Shown: positions 1 through 10,267, numbered from the stretch's first letter. The stretch: DNA of 64,000 nt from an uncultured Gemmatimonadaceae bacterium (GCA_963817955.1 CAWFQK010000001.1:1-64000); one strand, 5' to 3'. Notes: generated by a model not told the origin, from the sequence alone. Program-made: numbers and translations.

Positions 1-1
1 T

Positions 2-919
2 CTATTGGCGGTCCCGTAAACGCCGAAACCCGTGCTTATCTGACCGAGCGCGGTGGCGGCTCGGCGCGTTGAGTTGAACGAACGTGAACGGGTACTCGAC
101 ACGCTGGTCCACGGTGCAGCCAAGAATTGTCGCCGGCGCGAAACGCTGTTTCGCCATGGCCACGAAGGCGGAGCGGACGAATTCCATTGACGTCGCCCGC
201 ACCACTTCGACAGTCCCAAGGTCGGGTTCGCCGCTTCGAAGGACGACGAAACGGAAGACGACCTCTCCGCTTGATGTGCCGAGTTGGGTTTCAATTTCGG
301 GAAAGGCGGCGATCGGATTGTCGCGACGCGGTACCGCATCGACCACGCGCACGCGTGGGAAGAACGCATAGTTCATCCGCCGCGCGCCGGCGCTCGAGTC
401 GGTCGTGAGCCGGACCTCGATGTCCATCTCAGACTCACCGGCTGCCATCTGGAACGTGTCGGGTGTCAGGGTCGCCACACGAATTGCCTCGATCGCCGCG
501 GAATCGAAGCCAATCATCAACGACTCCCGTTTGACCTGAACCTCAGCCGCAGCCTCCTCTGCGTGCACCATGAAGCGGTAGATGCCGGTCAGCGTCGGCT
601 GACGCAGACCGGATATCGAGTCGCCGGTCACGGGACGGAGGTTGCGCGTGAGGGCTGGTCCAGAAAACGTCGAGAGGCGGAAGGGCCGCGGCTGAATGAA
701 CGCCGTGGCGATGGTGCTGCCGATGATATCCGCACGGGAATCCTGGAGATCACCGCCGTCGAACCGTTCTACTTTTATGAACAGGCCCGCCGGGACCGTG
801 TCGACGCGCGACGCAGCAACGATTGAATCACACCCGGTGGTGTCGGGACGTTGCGCGCCTGCCGCGTGGACTGCACTGGCAACGGCAATGCACAGGCCAA
901 GGAATGCAGCGCGATTCAT
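2..919 (-). CDS. TonB C-terminal domain-like exported protein
   Basis: Signal-peptide-like start MNRAAFLGLC (ATG 919, overlapping the upstream TAA); C-terminal 'FP...SSGEVVFRFVV..SGEPD..TVEVV...FAPA..LGCTVDQRVEYPFTF' has the TonB_C pattern. Confidence 0.65.
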   Translation of the reverse strand: MNRAAFLGLCIAVASAVHAAGAQRPDTTGCDSIVAASRVDTVPAGLFIKVERFDGGDLQDSRADIIGSTIATAFIQPRPFRLSTFSGPALTRNLRPVTGDSISGLRQPTLTGIYRFMVHAEEAAAEVQVKRESLMIGFDSAAIEAIRVATLTPDTFQMAAGESEMDIEVRLTTDSSAGARRMNYAFFPRVRVVDAVPRRDNPIAAFPEIETQLGTSSGEVVFRFVVLRSGEPDLGTVEVVRATSMEFVRSAFVAMAKQRFAPATILGCTVDQRVEYPFTFVQLNAPSRHRARSDKHGFRRLRDRQ

Positions 920-1623
920 TATTGGCTTGTACGCGGCGTCGGTGAGCGCCACTCCTGTACGATGCGCGCGGTCTTGATGTAATCGAGCTTCGGCCACCCG
1001 CGAGTCACGTATGCGTTCCCCTTCACCATGATCGAATCCTGATTTGGTCCTGCTCGGCCGGCCTGCGGACCGGTCCGCGGAGCGGCCTCGCCGTAGCCAG
1101 CATACAGCGAATCGACCACGTTCATCCCAAGGGTGACCTCGGCGATCGGCGGGAAGCCGAAGCCGCTGAGCGTATCGAGCCGTGGGTTGTCCCTGAGATT
1201 GATGAACAGCTGCACCGAGCGCGTGCCTGGGCCACCCCGCGCGTAGGAGATGATGCCACGCGAATTCGTGTGACGTACGGGTTCATCGGCGATGGAGCGA
1301 ATCTTCCATGCCTCGTTCACGTTCGGATCGCCGGACAACCCGAACTGAGCCACGAAATTCTTCACCACGCGAAAAAAACGCGCGTCATCAAAATGCTTGG
1401 CGCGCACCAACGTATAGAAGCGATCGACGCCGATTGGCGCCCACTGCTTCCGCGCCATCACGTCGAACCGGCCGCGACTCGTCTCGAATGCAACGACAAA
1501 GCTGTCGGGCGCGGCCACGTTCGGGCTCAACGCTCCCGGCTTGCAGCCGAATGGCCCGGACATGCACGATGTAACCATCACCGTGGCGGCGGCAATGAGA
1601 ACAACGGAACGGGCACGACGCAT
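919..1623 (-). CDS. Cyclophilin-type peptidyl-prolyl cis-trans isomerase, probable lipoprotein
   Basis: Motifs FFRVVKNFVAQFG, SYARGGPGTRSVQLFINLRDNPRLD; lipobox-like VTSC. Confidence 0.9.
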   Translation of the reverse strand: MRRARSVVLIAAATVMVTSCMSGPFGCKPGALSPNVAAPDSFVVAFETSRGRFDVMARKQWAPIGVDRFYTLVRAKHFDDARFFRVVKNFVAQFGLSGDPNVNEAWKIRSIADEPVRHTNSRGIISYARGGPGTRSVQLFINLRDNPRLDTLSGFGFPPIAEVTLGMNVVDSLYAGYGEAAPRTGPQAGRAGPNQDSIMVKGNAYVTRGWPKLDYIKTARIVQEWRSPTPRTSQ

Positions 1624-1645
1624 TGGTCACGTCTCCTGAAAGGCG

Positions 1646-2155
1646 CTACGGTGAATTCGGCTGCGGCGGTCCCGCGGTGATCGCGTCTGATACGCGTTCC
1701 CGCTGATGGTCATTGATACTGGTGAGCAGCGCGATCACGTTGGCCGACTCGATGAGCGTGCGCTCGCGCTTGATGGTCTGCGGCGCGCCGGCACCGACGA
1801 ACTGCGACCGATCGAGCTTGCGTGCGTCGGCCAAGCGAGCCACGGAGTCCGGATAGAGGTAGAGCTCGAGCGTCGCGGTGAGGCCGATCTTGAGGAGTAG
1901 CGGCGTGCCGGTGAGCGTTTTCTCAGACGGCGTGGCCGCGGAATCGACGTGCGGCGCCAATCCTGAACGCTCGAGCCGATAGAGGATCGTACACGGTTTC
2001 CATTCGCCGGTTGCGGAACACCCTGGTCCGCTGACCGGGCCGCTCGTCGCGTTCGCTGCGGTGTTAGCCGGCGGCGGCGGCGCCTTCGATGGCGAACAGG
2101 CGGCGAGCATCACCGCCGCCAGTATGCCGCGAAACCGATAAACGCCGTCACGCAT
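1646..2155 (-). CDS. Hypothetical lipoprotein
   Basis: Lipobox LAAC followed by a Pro/Ala linker; co-oriented with and overlapping the upstream gene; start approximate. Confidence 0.6.
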   Translation of the reverse strand: MRDGVYRFRGILAAVMLAACSPSKAPPPPANTAANATSGPVSGPGCSATGEWKPCTILYRLERSGLAPHVDSAATPSEKTLTGTPLLLKIGLTATLELYLYPDSVARLADARKLDRSQFVGAGAPQTIKRERTLIESANVIALLTSINDHQRERVSDAITAGPPQPNSP

Positions 2156-3416
2156 CGGGAGACGATGCCGGTTCGATCGCCGGAACCGCAACGCCCCGCC
2201 TCGCCACCACGGTTGCCACCACGAGATCGGCCGTCACATTGGTCATCGTGCCAAAGAGGTCCGGAATGGTATCGACCGCGATCAGGAGCGCCACGCCTTC
2301 GGGCGGAATGCCATACGTCACGAGCAGCGGCGCGAGCATGAGCTGCGCCCCTTGCGGCACTCCGGGAATCGTCAAGCTCAGAGCGATCGCGGTGACGGCA
2401 AGCGTCAGCAGTGCCGGCGTACCGATCGCCACGCCATAGAGCTTCGCCAGGAAGAGCGTCCCAACGATCCAGGTGATCGGCGTCGCGGCCTTGAAGGTGG
2501 ACACCGCCAGCGGGAGCACAAATCCGGTGACCGCCAGGGGCAATTCGAGCGCGCGTCCCCCTTCGACAAGTGCCGGCAGCGAGGCGAGTGACGAGCTCGA
2601 GCTGATCGCAACCGCCTGCGCCGGGAGCACGCCGCGCGTGAACCAGCCGAGCGGAATGCGCCCCACCATCGCCGCGATGGGATACAGCAGGAATGCGAAC
2701 AAGACCAGCGCAGCGACGATCGCGATGATGTAGTACGCCATGGCACCCGCCAACGCCGCACCGGCGCGACTGGCTGCCGCGACGACGAGCGCGAAGATAC
2801 CCACTGGCGCCGCAGCGATGATCCACTCGACCACGCGGGTCATCGCGCCACCGATCGCCGCAAAGAACCCAATCAACGCCTGACGGAGCGACTCGTCGAT
2901 GGCGCGCGTGGCAAGCGCAAAGAGGAGTGAGAAGACGATGAGCGGCAGCATCGCACCGTCAGCCGCGGCCTTCAGCGCGTTGGCCGGAACGAGGGAGGTC
3001 ACCCATGCTCCGAAGCCGGGAAGCTGCGTCACCTGAGCAGCCGTCGTCCCCGCACCGACGCCCGCCGACGCGCGCAACGATGAGGCCGCGTCGGCTCCGA
3101 GCTTCATGTCGTCCATCAATGGCGGGCCGAGCAGCACGGCAAAGATCGCCGCGAATACGAGGAGCGCGAAGAACGTCGCGATCGTGCCGGCGGCGATGCG
3201 GCCGATCCCGTCGCTCATGTCGCGCGATGCCACGCTCACGAACAGCAGGGAGACGACGAGCGGCACAACGGTCATCCGAATCGCATTGACCCACAGCTGC
3301 CCGACCGGTTCGAGCAGCGATACGATCCTCAGAGCGGCCGCGGTATGCGACGCGCCCAGGATGCTACCGACGATGAGTCCTGAAATCAGACCGATGACGA
3401 CGCGATGAACGCGCAT
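2148..3416 (-). CDS. Dicarboxylate/amino acid:cation symporter (GltP/DctA family)
   Basis: Multiple TM helices; AIRMTVVPLV, SSSSSLASLP, FVLPLAVSTF, GTMTNVTAD. Confidence 0.9.
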   Translation of the reverse strand: MRVHRVVIGLISGLIVGSILGASHTAAALRIVSLLEPVGQLWVNAIRMTVVPLVVSLLFVSVASRDMSDGIGRIAAGTIATFFALLVFAAIFAVLLGPPLMDDMKLGADAASSLRASAGVGAGTTAAQVTQLPGFGAWVTSLVPANALKAAADGAMLPLIVFSLLFALATRAIDESLRQALIGFFAAIGGAMTRVVEWIIAAAPVGIFALVVAAASRAGAALAGAMAYYIIAIVAALVLFAFLLYPIAAMVGRIPLGWFTRGVLPAQAVAISSSSSLASLPALVEGGRALELPLAVTGFVLPLAVSTFKAATPITWIVGTLFLAKLYGVAIGTPALLTLAVTAIALSLTIPGVPQGAQLMLAPLLVTYGIPPEGVALLIAVDTIPDLFGTMTNVTADLVVATVVARRGVAVPAIEPASSPDA

Positions 3417-3428
3417 CGGTCTGTGGCG

Positions 3429-3968
3429 TTAGCGCTTCTTCACGGACTTGCCACGTGCGACGGGGCGTTTCGCGCGCGCAACCACGCCCTTCTTCGCTGC
3501 CGTCTTCTTTGCCGGCGTGGCGGTCCTGGCTTTCACCGGTGCCTTGGCGGCATGTTTCGCGGCCGGGCGGGGCTTCTTGCCAGCCGACGCCTTCTTGGCA
3601 GGCGCGGCCTTGGCCTTGGCCTTGTCCACTGCGGCTGGCTTGAGGTGTTTAGCCTTTGCGGGAGGCGCCGCCGTCACGGGAGCGGCCTTCTTTGCGACCT
3701 GGGCCACCGGCGCGATCGGAGCGGCTGGCGCGGCGGCCGCGGCCGCCGCCGCGGCTTGCGCCGCCTTCACCCTTGCCGCTGCCGCAGCAGCCGCAGCCGC
3801 CGGGGTACTTTTTGGACGTCCACCTTTGCGAGCTAACTGTGCGTCTGCCAACATCTTAGCAAAGGCTTCCTTTGCCTCGGTCATCAGCTGAGCGTGCGAG
3901 ATCCGCCGCTCCTGGAGAGCACGCGCTTTTTCTTCGCGGTAGATCGACAGGGCCGTGGAGCCGTCCAT
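3429..3968 (-). CDS. Histone H1-like Lys/Ala-rich basic protein
   Basis: Helical N-terminus, KGGRPK, poly-Ala, then repeated PAKK/AAKK motifs. Confidence 0.6.
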   Translation of the reverse strand: MDGSTALSIYREEKARALQERRISHAQLMTEAKEAFAKMLADAQLARKGGRPKSTPAAAAAAAAARVKAAQAAAAAAAAAPAAPIAPVAQVAKKAAPVTAAPPAKAKHLKPAAVDKAKAKAAPAKKASAGKKPRPAAKHAAKAPVKARTATPAKKTAAKKGVVARAKRPVARGKSVKKR

Positions 3969-4082
3969 TAGTCACCGGGCCGATTGGTGAAAACAAGGTC
4001 CTTCGTAATCTGCTAATCTACCGTACGGACCCCTATTGAGGGAGCCTCAGCCGCTGAGTTCCGGAATGGGACACTGAGCGGA

Positions 4083-4499
4083 TCACGCCTCGGAGGCGGG
4101 TCGAGATGCACGCCGGATGTGATTGATCCGGTTGATCATTGCTGCCAACTCCGGCTGTCTATCCGGGTTGTCGCGGATCATGTCATCGAGAAGCGTGGAC
4201 GTTTCGTCGTCGCTCACGACGCACGGATCAGCGGAAAAACGCTGGTTTCCCATGTGCCGCATCGGGTCAATGGACACCGGGTTCTCGAGCACGATGTCAT
4301 GATCCTCATACTGCACGCGCACGGCGAAGAACTTCTTGCCGGACTTTTCCATGTATCCCACGCGGATCCCGTCAATGTCATCCGGCCACTGCGGCAGAGC
4401 CCGTGTTTCGCCTTCGGTGCTCTTGTACGTGGTGGCGCCAGGCCGGAGTCCGCTGTAATTCAATTCGAACGCGCCGTTGTACATGTATGCGTGACGCAT
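4083..4499 (-). CDS. Hypothetical protein
   Basis: 138 aa ORF with protein-like composition; GAGGA just upstream of the ATG. Confidence 0.6.
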   Translation of the reverse strand: MRHAYMYNGAFELNYSGLRPGATTYKSTEGETRALPQWPDDIDGIRVGYMEKSGKKFFAVRVQYEDHDIVLENPVSIDPMRHMGNQRFSADPCVVSDDETSTLLDDMIRDNPDRQPELAAMINRINHIRRASRPASEA

Positions 4500-4565
4500 T
4501 GATCCTCGTCAAAGATTTGTTAGTTGTATAACTGAATGAAAATGAGGCGGATCCGGGGCCGAGGG

Positions 4566-4787
4566 CTAGTGGTATCCCTGTGCAGACCGGCGCTTTCGGC
4601 GCGCCGACGCGGTGCGAATATTCACCACTCCGCGCAGCATAAACACGATGGCGAACGACATATCGAGCCATCGAGCACCAGTCAGCACGGCGTTATGGGT
4701 CCAAAGCGGTCGCAGCGCGACGACCAACCCAATCGCGATCATGGCGACGCCCAGGAGGAACGTCAGGACCCAGCGGGTGCTGGTCAT
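4566..4787 (-). CDS. Small two-TM membrane protein
   Basis: Two hydrophobic segments and a basic tail; GAGG upstream. Confidence 0.55.
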   Translation of the reverse strand: MTSTRWVLTFLLGVAMIAIGLVVALRPLWTHNAVLTGARWLDMSFAIVFMLRGVVNIRTASARRKRRSAQGYH

Positions 4788-4890
4788 GGGTGAGGGTTAC
4801 CTCTCTAAGGAAGCGGCCGCGAACCGGACCTCGCCAAGCTATGTGACTCCGGATACCCGGCAAAGGTCGATCCCAGCTTCACACTGTCCA

Positions 4891-4919
4891 TTGCCAAAGC
4901 GACCACCCCCCTTTACATT
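4891..4919 (+). promoter_or_regulatory. Sigma70-type promoter of the cold-shock gene (long 5' UTR)
   Basis: TTGCCA (4891-4896)-N17-TACATT (4914-4919), about 210 nt upstream of the ATG, as is typical of cspA-like leaders. Confidence 0.55.
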
Positions 4920-5133
4920 GTGTCAGCGACGAAAATTCCATCGCGCGAACACGTTCCAGATGTTATCTCGGGGCCTTCGCAAATCGCGAGGCTCCTTTTT
5001 AATGTCACCGGAAATCGTAGAGGATTTCCATGGAACGAACCCATCGTGAGGGAAGATCACGAGTAACTGTGGGTCGGTGCGTACGGCATGTTCCGGTACT
5101 CCGACGACACAACAACATCTTAGGGGTACTGCA

Positions 5134-5346
5134 ATGGCACGCACGACCGGCACCGTAAAGTGGTTCAACGACGCGAAGGGCTTCGGCTTCATCACCCCCG
5201 AAGGCGGTCAGAAGGACTGCTTCGTCCATCATTCGGCCATCCAGGGCAGCGGGTTCCGCACCCTCGCCGAAGGCGAGCGCGTGGAGTTCGACATCGTCCA
5301 GGGTGCCAAGGGCCCCGCGGCCGAAAACGTTGTAAAGCTCGGGTAA
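5134..5346 (+). CDS. Cold-shock protein (CspA family)
   Basis: [15 protein letters not shown] (RNP1) and CFVHHSAI (RNP2). Confidence 0.97.
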   Translation: MARTTGTVKWFNDAKGFGFITPEGGQKDCFVHHSAIQGSGFRTLAEGERVEFDIVQGAKGPAAENVVKLG

Positions 5347-5384
5347 TTCGCCTGGTCTCACAGGTTCAATGCCCGTGAAGTAAG

Positions 5385-5416
5385 AAGCCGGGCCGATGGT
5401 TATCGGCCCGGCTTTT
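5385..5416 (+). terminator. Rho-independent terminator
   Basis: AAGCCGGGCCGAT-ggtt-ATCGGCCCGGCTT followed by TT. Confidence 0.8.
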
Positions 5417-5454
5417 CGTACCACTTCTTTCACTGTCATCATCCCGAGAATTCG

Positions 5455-5661
5455 ATGATCGAAGTCACGCTCGGCGAAGCCGATCGCCTTGACTGGGCCC
5501 TCAAGCAGTTCAAGCGCAAAGTACAGAAGGCCGGCGTCCTCAAAGATCTGCGCAAGAAGCGCCACTACGAGAAGCCGAGCGAAGTGCGCCAGCGCAAGGC
5601 TGCGGTAGCTCGCCGCCGCGTAACCACCGTCGCTCCCCGCAAGCCAAAGAAAACCGTCTGA
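5455..5661 (+). CDS. rpsU: 30S ribosomal protein S21
   Basis: ALKQFKRKVQKAGVLKDLRKKRHYEKPSE. Confidence 0.93.
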   Translation: MIEVTLGEADRLDWALKQFKRKVQKAGVLKDLRKKRHYEKPSEVRQRKAAVARRRVTTVAPRKPKKTV

Positions 5662-5671
5662 GGTGCCGGGG

Positions 5672-5926
5672 CTACCGGCCCCGGCGTGCCTTGCGAATGC
5701 GTTTCATCATCGTCGTCACGACGATGAGCGTCAGCACTACCCAGACTGCCACGAACGTTTCCTGCGTTCGAACTGGCCGGAGTGGGATGTGTGCGGCGTA
5801 ATAGACGCCGATGATCGTGCCGTCGAGTACCACGACCGCCGCGACGAGTATCACGAGAAGTCTCTTCGCCTCTTTCGACGGGGCGGAGCTGTGCGCCGGA
5901 CCTGAGGGTGGAAGCATGCGGTGCAT
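5672..5926 (-). CDS. Small two-TM membrane protein
   Basis: Two hydrophobic helices and a basic C-terminus. Confidence 0.55.
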   Translation of the reverse strand: MHRMLPPSGPAHSSAPSKEAKRLLVILVAAVVVLDGTIIGVYYAAHIPLRPVRTQETFVAVWVVLTLIVVTTMMKRIRKARRGR

Positions 5927-6159
5927 CCTAGCCGCTATTTTGCGGGATGGCCATGCCCGCCTTCGCCCTGCGTCGTCCCGCCGAGCCCGTACGGATAGCG
6001 CTCCACCGGAACGACCTGGAGCCAGGCGAGCCCACCGTGTATTTGGAAGGCATTTCGGACCTGCTCGCGCTCCTCACGTAAGAAAGCGCTCGCTGCATTC
6101 AAACCTTCCGCCTCGTGGGACCATCCAAGTCAGTGCAACGGATGGAGCGTCCACGACTC

Positions 6160-6738
6160 ATGGCTACCTTGGCCATTCACGAAGCATCTTCGGCCCATTT
6201 GGGAAAGCCTGACTCAGACGTCGCACGCGCGGCGGCTGGAGATCGAAGTGCCTTCGAAGGGCTGTATCGGGAGCACGTGAATCGGGTCTTTTCCCTCTGC
6301 GCCCGGATGGTCGCTGACCGCGGTCGCGCCGAGGAGTTGACGCAGGACGTGTTTGTCCGTGCATGGGAAAAGCTGCATTTGTTTCGCGGGGAGAGCTCGT
6401 TTGCGACGTGGCTGCACCGTCTGACGGTGAACGTGGTGCTCAACGCGCGAAAGAGTGATGGGCGGCAGCACATGCGATTCGAGGAGAACGACGACGAAGC
6501 AGGCGGCATGGATGCGCATGCTGGTGTCGTCGGTATGCCTCTGGCGCCCGGAGACCTGCTCGACCTGGAAGAGGCGATTACGCGGCTTCCCCCTGGTGCA
6601 CGACGCGTGTTCGTGCTGCACGACGTGGAAGGCTACAAGCATGAGGAGATCGCCGAGATGCTCGGCGTGACGTCGGGAGCCACCAAGGCGCAATTGCACC
6701 GCGCGCGGCTCCTGTTGCGGGAGGCACTAAACCGATGA
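6160..6738 (+). CDS. ECF RNA polymerase sigma factor
   Basis: AEELTQDVFVRAW, FRGESSFATWLHRL (region 2); LPPGARRVFVLHDVEGYKHEEIAEMLG (region 4). Confidence 0.95.
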   Translation: MATLAIHEASSAHLGKPDSDVARAAAGDRSAFEGLYREHVNRVFSLCARMVADRGRAEELTQDVFVRAWEKLHLFRGESSFATWLHRLTVNVVLNARKSDGRQHMRFEENDDEAGGMDAHAGVVGMPLAPGDLLDLEEAITRLPPGARRVFVLHDVEGYKHEEIAEMLGVTSGATKAQLHRARLLLREALNR

Positions 6739-7511
6739 CTACTTCAATGACTTGCGACGAGTTCTCCGATACGCTGGCGGATTTCCTCGAGGGTGACGTC
6801 GATGACGGGACGGGCGCCACCGTGGAAGCGCATGCACTGCGGTGCGCGGGGTGCGGAGCGTTGCTCGCCGATCTTCGCGAGCTGCGCCTAAGTGCGTCGC
6901 ATCTTCCCGAGCTCGAGCCGAGTCGCGACCTGTGGGATGGTATCGCTCAGCGTATCGAGACGCCGGTCGTCGCGCTCGGGACCGGACTGGCCGGGCCGCC
7001 GGCACGCCGGCGCGCGCCCGGACTGTGGTACGGCCTGGCGGCCGCGGGTCTCATTGCCGTCACGGCGACCGTGACCCACGAGTTGACCAAGCGCTCAGTG
7101 GCTCGGCAATCATCGGTTCGGGTCGCATCGACCGTCGTCGTACCCCGCGATACCGGGGGCGTTGCAGTGCAACCGCCTGCGGCCACGACGCCAGAAACAC
7201 AGGCGACGCCCCAGTCTCCCGGCCGGCCCAGGGCATCGCTTGCCTCCCGCCGTCCCAGCCCAGAGCAGACCTACGATCAGGAGATTCGTCGCCTCAAGGA
7301 GATCGTGTCCGGCCGTCGGTCGTCGCTCGATTCATCGACTGTTGCCGTCATCGATCAGAATCTCAAGGTCATCGACAACGCCATTGCCCAGTGCCGACAG
7401 GCGCTCAAGAAAGATCCGGCCAGCCGCTTCCTCATCGAGTCGCTCAACGACGCGATCGACAACAAGGTCCAACTGCTTCGCACGGCGGCGCTGTTGCCGT
7501 CCAAGACATGA
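6735..7511 (+). CDS. Zinc-finger (zf-HC2/ZAS) transmembrane anti-sigma factor
   Basis: C...HALRCAGC (HxxxCxxC), a single TM segment, ATGA overlap with the sigma gene. Confidence 0.9.
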   Translation: MTTSMTCDEFSDTLADFLEGDVDDGTGATVEAHALRCAGCGALLADLRELRLSASHLPELEPSRDLWDGIAQRIETPVVALGTGLAGPPARRRAPGLWYGLAAAGLIAVTATVTHELTKRSVARQSSVRVASTVVVPRDTGGVAVQPPAATTPETQATPQSPGRPRASLASRRPSPEQTYDQEIRRLKEIVSGRRSSLDSSTVAVIDQNLKVIDNAIAQCRQALKKDPASRFLIESLNDAIDNKVQLLRTAALLPSKT

Positions 7512-7521
7512 GCATACATCA

Positions 7522-8469
7522 ATGAAACTTTTCTTCCGCATGTTCAGCCGGTTCGCGATCCCGGCGCTCACCGCCGCCCTCGTGGCGACGGCGACGGCTG
7601 AAGCCGGCGCGCAGCAGTCGCGGCGCACCGACACGGCACGCATCGACACCACCTACACGTTCAACAAGAACGGCGCGATCACCGTGAGCGCCGAGAGCGG
7701 CGACGTGGTGATCACCGGCTGGGCGCGGGATCAGATCCGCATCCACGCCGAGAGCGACGAGAATGACATTCGCTTCGAGACCACGTCGGACCGCATGACC
7801 CTGGGGATCGCGGGCGGCCGTCGCCACGGCGATACGCGATTCGAGGTCACCGTGCCGTACGGCGTCCGCGTCGACGCTCGGACGCAGTCGGGCGACATCT
7901 CGGTGCGCGGCACCCACGGCGCGGTGGACGTGCACGCGCAGAGCGGCGACATCCGGGTCGATGACGTCGTCAACCTGCTCGGCATCACAACGGTCTCCGG
8001 CGACGTGACCGCAGCGAACGTGAACGGCGACGTGGCGATCTCCACCATCAGTGGCGACGTCACGCTCACCGATGCTCGCGGCACTATCGATGCGGCTTCG
8101 GTGAGCGGCAGCATCGTGCTCCGTGAGATCACGTCGCGGCTGGTTCGCGGCAAGACCACGAGCGGCGATGTCACCTACGACGGCACGATCGATCGCGCCG
8201 GGCGCTACGATCTCACGTCGCATTCAGGAGACATTAGTCTGCACATTCCGCGCGACGCGGACGCGCAGCTCACGGTCTCGACCTGGAACGGCGGCATCGA
8301 CAGCCAGTTTCCGATCACGGTGAAGCCGGGCGAGCACGTCATGGGCTCGGGCGTCTCCAAGCACATCACCTTTCAGATCGGCGGCGGCTCGGCACGTATC
8401 AACGTCGAGACGTTCAACGGCGACATCACGATCTCGTCCAACGGCCGCGGCGCCAGCGGACGACCGTAA
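7522..8469 (+). CDS. DUF4097 family beta-strand repeat exported protein
   Basis: Signal peptide; many T-x-SGD-I/V repeats. Confidence 0.85.
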   Translation: MKLFFRMFSRFAIPALTAALVATATAEAGAQQSRRTDTARIDTTYTFNKNGAITVSAESGDVVITGWARDQIRIHAESDENDIRFETTSDRMTLGIAGGRRHGDTRFEVTVPYGVRVDARTQSGDISVRGTHGAVDVHAQSGDIRVDDVVNLLGITTVSGDVTAANVNGDVAISTISGDVTLTDARGTIDAASVSGSIVLREITSRLVRGKTTSGDVTYDGTIDRAGRYDLTSHSGDISLHIPRDADAQLTVSTWNGGIDSQFPITVKPGEHVMGSGVSKHITFQIGGGSARINVETFNGDITISSNGRGASGRP

Positions 8470-8491
8470 TCACTCAACCCGAGATACACCC

Positions 8492-9274
8492 ATGATACGC
8501 AAACTCGTCTCGTTCGCGCTCGTCGCAGGCCTTGCCACGCCGGCCCTCGCGCAGACGCCCAACTTCCATTGGGAGAAGGTCCTGCCCGCCGGACAGCAAG
8601 TCTCGATTCACAACGTCAACGGCGACGTGAAGGTGACGCCGTCCACCACAGGTCGTGTCGAAGTGGTCGGCATCACGCGCGGCAGGGGGAGCGCGGTCGA
8701 TCACATCAAGGCAGAGGTAGTGCCGACGTCGAAGGGAATCGTCGTGTGTGTGCTGTACGACGATCAGGACTCGCGGTGCGACGACGCGGGCATGCATTCG
8801 CACGGGCGTCACGATTGGAGCGACGCGCAGATGGACCTCGAGGTGGCAGTCCCGACCAACCTCACGGTGGCCGCCAACTCCGTGAGCGGAGACGTCAGCG
8901 TGTCCGGTGCACAGGGGAACGTCATGGCCAAGAGCGTCAGCGGCAACGTGCATCTCGATCACCTCCGCGTCAGCGCGGTGACCGCGTACAGCGTGAGCGG
9001 CGACGTCGATGTGCGCGTAGAGGCCTTCACCGGCAGCGGCGATCTGTCGGTCAAGACGGTGAGCGGCGACGTCACCCTCGCGCTTCCCCGCCAGTTCGAC
9101 GCCGACGTCTCGATGACAAGCGTCAGCGGCTCCATGAACACTGATTATGCCTTGACACTTGACAACGGCCGAATGAGCCGGCGTCACATCAACGCTCGCA
9201 TTGGCAACGGCGGCCGCCGTCTCGAGCTGAGCACGGTGAGCGGCGATGTGAAGTTGGGAATGGCGAAAGAGTAA
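8492..9274 (+). CDS. DUF4097 family beta-strand repeat exported protein
   Basis: Signal peptide; repeated SVSGDV/TVSGDV. Confidence 0.85.
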   Translation: MIRKLVSFALVAGLATPALAQTPNFHWEKVLPAGQQVSIHNVNGDVKVTPSTTGRVEVVGITRGRGSAVDHIKAEVVPTSKGIVVCVLYDDQDSRCDDAGMHSHGRHDWSDAQMDLEVAVPTNLTVAANSVSGDVSVSGAQGNVMAKSVSGNVHLDHLRVSAVTAYSVSGDVDVRVEAFTGSGDLSVKTVSGDVTLALPRQFDADVSMTSVSGSMNTDYALTLDNGRMSRRHINARIGNGGRRLELSTVSGDVKLGMAKE

Positions 9275-9357
9275 CCCGTGACCCCGGTCGCCTTCGACGT
9301 AACTTTATCTCCTTCCGCTCCGTATTGGCGTGTGGGCCTGAACGTCGGAGAACACGC

Positions 9358-10206
9358 ATGAGATACGCATCCATGGCAGCCGTCGCCGCAGTCGTAGCTA
9401 TCACCGCCGGCGGTTGTCGAAGATCTGGCGAGGACGTCGCGGCATTCAAATGGACGAATGATCTCCCCGCGGGCACGGTGGTGCACTTGCGCGACGGCTT
9501 CGGCAACATCACGGTTCAGCGCGCAGTGGGCCAGACTGCGTCCATCACGGGCAGCCGTCGCTGGCGTCGCGGCCGCTCGAGCGACATTCATTTCGTTGTA
9601 AACCAGATCGGCAAAGATTACTACATCTGTGCGATGTGGAAGGCGAGCGGCCAGTGCGCCGACAGCGGCTACAGAGGCCGGCAGACGGGTGGATTCCTCT
9701 CGATATTCAGCCTCTTCCATCGCGGCAGCGATGCGACCGCCGACTTCGAGGCGGCGCTGCCGGCGAACGTCGTGCTCGACGCGCGCACGTCGAACGGCTC
9801 CGTGACGATCGACGGCCTTACCGCCGGTGTGAGCGCGCGCACGGCGAACGGCACCGTGCGGGCAGTCAATGTTGCGGGGCCGCTCGAGCTCACTACCACA
9901 AACGGCGACGTGCGCCTGAGCACGGATGCCCTGGCAGCCAACGACCCCGTGAAACTCACGACCACCAATGGCACCGTTCGCGCCGAGCTCCCAGCCAATC
10001 TTCAGGGGCAGATCGACCTGTCCGTCGTAAACGGAGGCGTACGGAGCGATTTTCTGGTTCCCGCTACCGGAAACAAACGGGTGGGAAGACGTCTGTCGGG
10101 TCAGATCGGCACGTCGACGCGCACCATCAAGTTGCGCGCGGTGAATGGGCTCGTTTCGCTCACCAGCCTCGGGGGCGTGACGCCCGCCGCCCCAACCGCG
10201 CGCTAG
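9358..10206 (+). CDS. DUF4097 family beta-strand repeat lipoprotein
   Basis: Lipobox-like AGGC; repeated T-x-NG-x-V. Confidence 0.8.
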   Translation: MRYASMAAVAAVVAITAGGCRRSGEDVAAFKWTNDLPAGTVVHLRDGFGNITVQRAVGQTASITGSRRWRRGRSSDIHFVVNQIGKDYYICAMWKASGQCADSGYRGRQTGGFLSIFSLFHRGSDATADFEAALPANVVLDARTSNGSVTIDGLTAGVSARTANGTVRAVNVAGPLELTTTNGDVRLSTDALAANDPVKLTTTNGTVRAELPANLQGQIDLSVVNGGVRSDFLVPATGNKRVGRRLSGQIGTSTRTIKLRAVNGLVSLTSLGGVTPAAPTAR

Positions 10207-10267
10207 CCGCTCGGGGGGCTCAAACACCCGTCCCGACGCCGGCACCGACCCCCGGCGTCGGGGTATA

